Shown in pieces: positions 59,917 through 64,000 of a DNA stretch of 64,000 nucleotides. The position numbers and the translations under genes were made by a program. Positions within the stretch are counted from its first letter, which is position 1. Each line of letters begins with the position of its first letter. The stretch comes from Eledone cirrhosa (lineage: Eukaryota): contig OZ024742.1 in assembly GCA_964016885.1 (NCBI GenBank), forward strand, positions 161,572,001-161,636,000, in the 5' to 3' direction. Below the pieces are notes generated by a model. That model was not told the DNA's origin, ran no database searches, and was given only the letters and a program-made list of their open reading frames with translations.

Positions 59917-62228
59917 TTGGTATATATCTCTACATGAAGATACAGTTAAAATAGCAGACTCTATGATATCTTTGGAAGTGTTTTCATAAAAGTCGTATAA
60001 AGTTGGAGGTGGTGGAATGTTTTGTGGTTCGGAATCAATAGCAGTCATGACAGGAAATTTTCTATGCAAGCATGGCTGACTAAGTTGTGGGAGGTTCAAT
60101 GTTAAGTCTTCGCTATAATCGCTGGTAGGATTTTGCAATGTTAGAATGGCAACATGGATTACATTTTTGGCAATTTCATCAGCAATCATTTCAAGGCATT
60201 GCAAACACATATTGGATTTAAACTGAACATTACATGGAATGACCCCAAAAATATCTACAAAAGATTCGTACATTATTTCCTCTGACACCTGATCAGCAAA
60301 TGTCGACAGATTATCATCACTGTCCAATGACATAGAATGGATTTCACTGAGATCTTTAGATGTTGGGTCATCAGAAATATCAGTTCGAGAGATCACAGAT
60401 TCTTGATGTTGAAAATGTTCCCTAATATCAAAATATAGCAAGGAGTCTGGGGAATCAACACAACTCCTAAGTAACTCATCTTCAAAACTTGCCAATGTAT
60501 TGTCTTTAAATCCACTAAGACTCCCGCCACTGTGAAAACTTTCTTGATGCCAATTATTGCGTAAGTTCATAAAAGATTGACTGGTGGCATCAGTGCGCAT
60601 CAGCTCTTCAGCAAACTGCGAGAGTGTAATGTCACGGAATCCACTCATACTTGGTTCCATTGTTTTATTTTGCTCACTCAAAGAATTTTGCCTTTCAAGT
60701 TCTAAATAGAAATTGGCAAGATCTTCCTGAGGGACGAGTTTATGGCCCACATTAATTCCTCGGCAATTCGTGTCTTCTACAGTAGTCATATTTGGCAAGT
60801 TGGGTACATATTGGTAACGCAGCAGCTGTCGATAATATGGATTAATAAGATAGTTTTCGTGCAGTTCTAGCAAAGCATTTGTAAACAGTTCCTTTGTAAT
60901 AGTCAAGGCATATTTGTCATAATCAGGGAGATATACTCCTTGAGAACTACTTGAGGTATATGCAGCTCTTACACCATGGCATTCAATACTATCAATAAAC
61001 ATGTTAATTTTGTGAGCTGTTTTCAAGCTGCTGTCGAGAATATTTGTACTTAAATCATTGATCCAACATCCAAATAATGGGCTATTACTCATCCAACCAG
61101 ACAATGAAGAAGAGTTGCTCCAAAGTGATTGTCGTCGACTGGAAGAAGCTGAAGAAGGGTTAGTGCAATTGATTATAGCTTTCGCTTCCCAAAATATCTG
61201 ATTAACTAATTTATCAGCAACTGCAGTTAAATCTAGTTCTGTAGTTGAAGGGGAAACTTTATACTCTTTGCTAGTTGATAAAATAGAACTAGCAAGAGTG
61301 GAAATATTTAGACTACTTATTTCATTAAGAGAATCACATAAAATTTCATTGGAGAGGTAATCTGAATAACTGTAGATGGTTTCTGGTATGGCTGGCCGGA
61401 AAATGTTACAGGTTTTGTCAACAGACATGATGCTAGCATCAGAAAGATCTTTTAGTGTGCTTAAATTGCAGAAAAATGAACATTGTTTTTGTTGCTCTTT
61501 GTTTTCACACTGAAAACAAATTTCTTCTGAATCAACTATAGTCAGCTTGATATCTTCAAATAAATGTTCTACATAACCTTGGACAGTGTCTTCAGAGATA
61601 AAAGAGACGTTAGCGTTTCGATCGATGTTTGGTTCAGGGCCAAATTTAATTGGTACAGGCTTGTGTAAATTAGATGGAAGTTGAATATTTTGAAAGTTCT
61701 GCATACCGGTTGTATTGTAAACAATAGCAGCACTCTCTTGGAGTAGGTTTTCGATAAAGTTTGCAGCAAAATCGTGAACATTGTACATGCCAATTTCTTC
61801 ATGAATGGTGCCAGGACGAGTGGTGAGTTCCCGTTTCATGAAAGATTCGTACAATTCTTCAAAATCTGAACTAATGTCAGAGCTGCAACGAGTACTGCAG
61901 CTGCTACGACGAGATGTCAGATCACTCAAGTTTGAACTTCGGCGTCGGAAGTTTGAGATCCAGTCATGATAGTCAACATCCAAGTAATCCATTGATGTTG
62001 CATGGTTAAAGCTAGATGCTAAAATCCCACTGTTGTACAGAGAACAATGTTCTGGTATATACTTTGCTATAGACTTGAATTCTTTATCAAAACGAGGAGC
62101 AACATCATCAGTGCTGTGACCAGTACACTGGGGGTTCAATTCACATAAAGATTCAGTAAGAATTTCCTTTGTTAATCGCTTGGCAAAACTATCAATATCT
62201 TCAACAAATTTCACTTCTTTTCTTTCTC
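59917..62228 (-). CDS. PARG-like: PARG-family gene, giant 2312-nt exon encoding the insertion domain
   Basis: ~770-codon open frame; acceptor ttttttatttgaag (phase 1), donor caa|gtaagt (phase 0); phases match both neighbouring exons. Confidence 0.9.
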
Positions 62229-62980
62229 CTTCAAATAAAAAACGTTTTATTACAATTAACAGAAATCAATACAAATGGAAAATATCAACATTTTCCTTGT
62301 ACCCTTAATGAAATTCTTGGGGAAGATTCAGTGTGACACAGTGTGTGACTAGGCTGGTCCTTTGAATTACAGGTACAACTAACTTTTGCTAGCTGAGCAG
62401 AGAGGAACAACATAAAATAAAGTGTTTTACTCAAGGATACAATGCACCACTGGGAATCAAACTCACAACCTTATGATTATAACTACTTAGCTATGCACCT
62501 TCACTACATACAATATTCACATATTAAAAGTAAATTGATATTATATATGTGAACAATCAACAAAGAAAAACAAAGCAGAATAATACTGTTCAATGATGAT
62601 ATATATTAGTTTAAAGCTTGATATAATAGGAAAATAGTCTTAATGAAAACTTGCCAACCTCTAAAAACCCAAATGAGGAGTACCATGAAAAATAGGGCCC
62701 CAAAACGGGAAGAAATGAGGCAAAATGGGGAGATTTTACATAATGAAAACTATACCCATTTTCACAAGAAGACATCTCTCACCCACCCCAAAGTGGGTAG
62801 GAAATCTCCCTGTTGGACAGGGAGAGTTGGGAGGTCTGCTTAATGTTTTGGACGTTAGTCCTTCTTTGGAAGATAGAATGTAATTAATATAATGTACCCT
62901 TACAGGCATTTCAGAATAATTATTTATTAAGACTGATAAATATCTAAAATTTTATAATAATAACATAAATAAGAACCAAC

Positions 62981-63335
62981 CTTCAACATCGGTTGTTTCA
63001 TTGGCAATGAGGATTTGATCAGCATTATTTTTATTGGGAGGTGTCATACAGCTGGAATCAATGTTGGTTGGAAGATTGGTGTCTTCGATAATTTCAGTAG
63101 TTATAGTCTGTGTCTGGGAACAGACGCACATCTTATTGAAAAAGGAAGCATCACCCTCGGCTATATATGATGTGTAATTATTTAGGGAACATACTGCTGG
63201 CTGAAAGCCAACCAAACATTTATTGAGATCTCGCAACAGGTATCGGTCCATGTATTGCCTTTGCTGATTGTTAAACTTGTACGGAAGAGTATTGATGGCA
63301 CTGAGCATTGTTTCTAGATTACCATCAGATATCCG
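62981..63335 (-). CDS. PARG-like: PARG-family gene, 355-nt exon (upstream exons probably outside the window)
   Basis: Acceptor cttctcctccag, donor gaag|gttgg (phase 1); AINTLPY..QY..YLLRDLNKCLVGF matches PARG AIDAL.F...Q.....RELNKAYCGF. Confidence 0.85.
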
Positions 63336-64000
63336 CTGGAGGAGAAGAAAATAGGCAAACATTTCAATGAAAAACAATAAAATATCATCATCATTATTAT
63401 CATTTAACATGTTTTTCCTACTCACAAAGGCTGAACTGGTCATCACAGACCAAGTTAGTACTGACCTCTGAGACAGGTTGGGGGACTGCTTCTAACTTAC
63501 ATACAATCCTGCAATCTATAGTGTGTAATGGATGTTGTCATGCACCATGTAAATTTTGTAAAATGGTAGTGCTGGTGCCACAATAAAATGCACCCACTAC
63601 ATCCTACAAAATGGTGATTCTGGTGCCTTGATAACATGTACTCAGTACACTCAGTAAAGTAGTTGATGATAGGAAGGGCATCCAAAATTGAACATCTAGT
63701 CTCAGATCATGACAACCCATCCAACTCATGCAAGAGTGGAAAACAGATGGATGACGATGATATAAAATATACAAAAATAACAATATATACAATGTGAAAG
63801 CTGATCTCAAGAAACTAAACTATTTGCAAGAAGATAATTTCTTAAAAACGAAAAATGCTATTTTACTAAATACCTTAAAATTCTTGATTTAAAAAAAAAA
63901 CAAAAAAAAACAGTGTATTTCATTTCAAATATAGGAATGAAAAGATTAAAAATGTGTAGCATTTAAAGTTACTTACAGAAGCCTTATCACAGTAGTTTCC

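Overview
Eukaryotic, AT-rich, repeat-dominated DNA. The SINE/LINE repertoire and microsatellite load suggest a coleoid cephalopod such as an octopus (inference). Positions 1-40.5 kb are a (TA)n/(TATG)n-rich zone holding Penelope-like retroelement (PLE) copies and fragments, fold-back structures and one Ty3/gypsy LTR element. In this zone and in one intronic PLE I read about 21 hammerhead-ribozyme (HHR)-like cores by eye. Six of them sit in a ~95-bp PLE-derived cassette that recurs periodically within a higher-order TA satellite (1-19.6 kb). Positions 40.5-64 kb hold decayed RTE/CR1 LINEs, SINEs, MITEs and the last four exons (minus strand, all splice phases consistent, ~1066 aa) of a PARG-family gene. 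Its catalytic macrodomain is split by an ~850-aa insertion carrying repeated AKAP-like amphipathic helices, and its TGNWGCG motif is degenerate. Almost all Y/I/C/V-rich ORFs in the track are microsatellite artefacts. RNA folds and family assignments were made by eye, not computed.
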